Of a stretch of DNA of 63,347 bases, positions 61,290 through 63,347 are shown piece by piece. Below the pieces are notes generated by a model. The model worked only from the letters and a program-made list of their open reading frames with translations. It was not told the origin of the DNA and did no database searches. Source of the stretch: an uncultured Christensenella sp. (GTDB taxonomy: Bacteria > Bacillota > Clostridia > Christensenellales > UBA1242); the NCBI GenBank assembly GCA_964554475.1, contig CAZKOT010000001.1, forward strand, positions 1 through 63,347, given 5' to 3'. The translations under genes and the position numbers were made by a program. The first letter of the stretch is position 1. Every line of letters starts with the position of its first letter.

Positions 61290-61971
61290 TGTTTTTGAAG
61301 CAATTCAAAACGAAAAAACAATCAATAAAATTCAAATTTTGAAAAATGCACATGGATTTGAAAAAATAATTCAAATCGCAAAAGAAAAAGGTGTGCGTTT
61401 TGAATTTGTTGACAGGGTAGTTTTAGACAAGCAATTACAAAATCATCAAAATGTTATTGCTGAAGTAATTGATTTTGTTTACAGCAGTATTGAAGAATTG
61501 CTTAAAAAAGACAACAAAGAACAACTAATAGTAATTTTGGATGGAATTGAAGACCCTCACAATTTCGGAGCAATAATAAGAAATTGCGAGTGTGCAGGTG
61601 TCGACGGAATTATAATTTCAAAGCATAGGGCAGTTCCAATTAATGACACTGTTTTAAAAGCAAGTGCTGGAGCGGTCGCAAATGTAAAAATTGCAAGGAT
61701 AACAAACATCAATCAAGCAATTGAAGAATTAAAAGAAAATGGATTTTGGATTTATGCCTGTGAGGCTGATGGAAAAAATGTTTACCAAACAAAATTAAAT
61801 GGTAAAATTGCTATTATTATAGGAAATGAAGGATTTGGAATAAGCAAATTAACCAAAGAAAAAGCAGATGAAAAAATTTCAATTCCACTTTACGGAAAAA
61901 TTAATTCGCTTAATGCTTCGGTGGCATGTGGAATAATTCTTTTTGAAATTTTAAGACAAAAAAATCAATAA
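61261..61971 (+). CDS. rlmB: 23S rRNA (guanosine-2'-O)-methyltransferase RlmB (SpoU/TrmH family)
   Basis: 236 aa. It has 'VILDGIEDPHNFGAIIRNCECAGVDGIII', 'IIGNEGFGIS' and 'SLNASVACGIILFE'. The position after mrnC matches the Bacillus order. Confidence 0.8.
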   Translation: MKMLISGKNSVFEAIQNEKTINKIQILKNAHGFEKIIQIAKEKGVRFEFVDRVVLDKQLQNHQNVIAEVIDFVYSSIEELLKKDNKEQLIVILDGIEDPHNFGAIIRNCECAGVDGIIISKHRAVPINDTVLKASAGAVANVKIARITNINQAIEELKENGFWIYACEADGKNVYQTKLNGKIAIIIGNEGFGISKLTKEKADEKISIPLYGKINSLNASVACGIILFEILRQKNQ

Positions 61972-61995
61972 CAAAATTTAGGGGATTAAGAATAA

Positions 61996-62589
61996 ATGCG
62001 TGAATTTACCAATGAAGAATTAGTTGAAAAGGTAAAAAAAGGAAATGAAGTTGCAATTGAAATTTTATTTGCCCGTTTTAAAGCGCTTTTAAACAAAATT
62101 TCGAGAAGTTTTTTTCTTTTAGGTGGCGACAACGAAGACGTTATGCAAGAAGCGATGTTAGGACTTTACAAAGCTTGCTTAAACTACAAAGGAGGAGGGG
62201 AAACTTCCTTCAAAACCTTTGCAATTCTTTGCATAAAGCGAAATATTTTAAGTGCTATAAAAAAAAATAACACCATGAAAAACAAAATTTTAAACGAAAG
62301 TATTTCATTATCCAAAATTTTTTTTAATGAGGAAGAAGATGTTACAATTTCCTGCGACATATTATATCCCGATGAAAAAATAATTGAAAACGAAAGTTAT
62401 GAAGAAGTCAAAAAATTAATTTGTTCAAAACTATCACATCTTGAATTAAAAATTTTAAATCAATTTCTCATGGGATTGTCATATGATGAAATGTCAAAAA
62501 AATTAGACGTAACCAAAAAAAGTATAGATAATGCACTAAGACGAATCAAAGTAAAATTGCAATTTCTTTTACATAGAAAAATAAAATAA
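61996..62589 (+). CDS. sigH: RNA polymerase sigma factor SigH
   Basis: 197 aa. 'SFFLLGGDNEDVMQEAMLGLYKA' and 'KSIDNALRRIKVKL' match B. subtilis SigH 'SYFLIGADREDIVQEGMIGLYKS' and 'KSIDNALQRVKRKL'. Synteny with rlmB supports the call. Confidence 0.8.
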   Translation: MREFTNEELVEKVKKGNEVAIEILFARFKALLNKISRSFFLLGGDNEDVMQEAMLGLYKACLNYKGGGETSFKTFAILCIKRNILSAIKKNNTMKNKILNESISLSKIFFNEEEDVTISCDILYPDEKIIENESYEEVKKLICSKLSHLELKILNQFLMGLSYDEMSKKLDVTKKSIDNALRRIKVKLQFLLHRKIK

Positions 62590-62608
62590 TATTATTAAAT
62601 TTAAAATC

Positions 62609-62962
62609 TTAATTTTTATCAAAGGGATTATCCCTTTCTCTTTTGTTAGCTTCATGAATTTCTTTATCAAGTTCAACCGCTTGTACATTATCTCGCTTTG
62701 CGTTATTAAAATTTTCATCATTCTGTGTGTTTTTTCTTTTAAAATTAAACCCATTATCATTAATTTTAATTTTTCCTCTTTGTTTAAAAGTCATTAAAAC
62801 CATCCAAATTGCTGCAAAGCCAATTATTATATAAATCATGCGACTTAAAAAACTTGATTGTGTACCAAAAAAACCAGCAACAAAATCATATTGCATTAAT
62901 CCAATTGAAAGCCAGTTGGCAGCACCAACAAGAAGTAACACATAACAAATTAAGGTTATCAT
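62609..62962 (-). CDS. DUF378-family small membrane protein
   Basis: 117 aa. It has 'LLLVGAANWLSIGLMQYDFVAGFFGTQSSFLSRMIYIIIGFAAIWM', the typical DUF378 two-helix core. Confidence 0.5.
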   Translation of the reverse strand: MITLICYVLLLVGAANWLSIGLMQYDFVAGFFGTQSSFLSRMIYIIIGFAAIWMVLMTFKQRGKIKINDNGFNFKRKNTQNDENFNNAKRDNVQAVELDKEIHEANKRERDNPFDKN

Positions 62963-63057
62963 TGCTCACTCCTTAACTTTAGTAATAAAAATAGTTTGTG
63001 CTGTAATAATTTTTTTATGCTATTTATACTTTTTTTTGGTTTTACTGCTTAATTTTT

Positions 63058-63347
63058 TTGCCACCAAAAACATGGAGCAAATCGACATGTTTTTGCGTTT
63101 GGTGGCATAAGCAAAAAAAATCGGCCGTTTGCTGATTGATTTTTTATAAATTAAAAAATCGAGCAAACAAGCCCATTTCAAATAAAAATTTGCATACCTT
63201 AATCTTTTCTTGCGAAAACTTCGCACGAGAGTTGCCACCAAAAACATGGAGTAAATCGACATGTTTTTGCGTTTGGTGGCATAAGCAAAAAAATCGGCCG
63301 TTTGCTGATTGATTTTTTATAAATTAAAAAATCAAGCAAACAAGCCC
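63058..63347. repeat. Tandem direct repeat, two copies of a roughly 116-bp element separated by 57 bp, each with two internal imperfect palindromes
   Basis: Copy 1 is at 63058-63174. Copy 2 is at 63232-63347 and truncated by the window edge. The copies are about 97% identical with 3 differences. The first palindrome is 'gccaccaaaaacatg...catgtttttgcgtttggtggc'. The second is 'ggccgtttgct...agcaaacaagccc'. Confidence 0.65.

Noticed and set aside
63020-63262. 80-aa minus-strand ORF across the tandem repeat
   Set aside because: The internal duplication of 'MSI.SMFLVA' shows it simply translates the two repeat copies. There is no RBS and it sits in a non-coding context.

Overview
This is a low-GC window (about 30% by eye) from a Bacillota (Firmicutes)-like chromosome, with standard genetic code throughout. 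The mrnC-rlmB-sigH gene order, DUF1540, DUF3794+LysM, a SpoVB-like flippase and a SPOR domain point to an endospore-former-related lineage.

The window splits into two parts.

1. About 1-38.3 kb looks accessory and is dominated by cell-surface genes:
- A BspA-type leucine-rich-repeat (LRR) surface protein of more than 1,600 aa (4887 down to below 1, minus strand) interrupted by a single homopolymer frameshift.
- A small DUF1858 protein, a YdjI-like SPFH protein with a C-terminal zinc ribbon, and a PRC-barrel-like protein.
- A compact type IV secretion (T4SS)-like module (8.2-16.4 kb). It holds a VirD4/TraG coupling ATPase, two tandem paralogous polytopic membrane proteins of about 750-800 aa (VirB6/TcpH-like), an orphan copy of their C-terminal tail as a separate small ORF, and a VirB2/TrbC-like two-TM mini-protein. 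No VirB4, relaxase or integrase is visible.
- Two giant envelope proteins: a 2,680-aa signal-peptide/C-terminal-TM protein with EF-hand-like calcium loops, and a 3,559-aa lipoprotein with Big_2/FN3-like arrays and a C-terminal GLUG/beta-helix region.
- Between the two giant genes sits a Rho homologue with intact Rho_N and CSD RNA-binding domains but degenerate Walker motifs, co-oriented with an unknown 297-311 aa gene.

2. About 38.5-63.3 kb is core housekeeping:
- tpiA, pgk and dus.
- Two small LRR proteins and a MOP/SpoVB-like flippase.
- groES and groEL, with a consensus sigma-A promoter but no CIRCE operator.
- A PlsC-like acyltransferase, a metallophosphoesterase, a DUF1540 protein and rplI.
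- A Phd-Doc toxin-antitoxin pair, a DUF3794-LysM protein and argS.
- A 1,240-aa M6/InhA-like surface metalloprotease.
- An AT-rich intergenic region with three perfect and several degenerate DnaA boxes (with a duplicated 21-mer).
- mrnC, which has no canonical in-frame start codon, followed by rlmB, sigH and a DUF378 membrane protein.
- Two tandem copies of a palindrome-containing element of about 116 bp at the window edge.

No rRNA, tRNA, CRISPR array or obvious transposase was found. All coordinates read directly from the printed sequence may be off by 1-2 nt.
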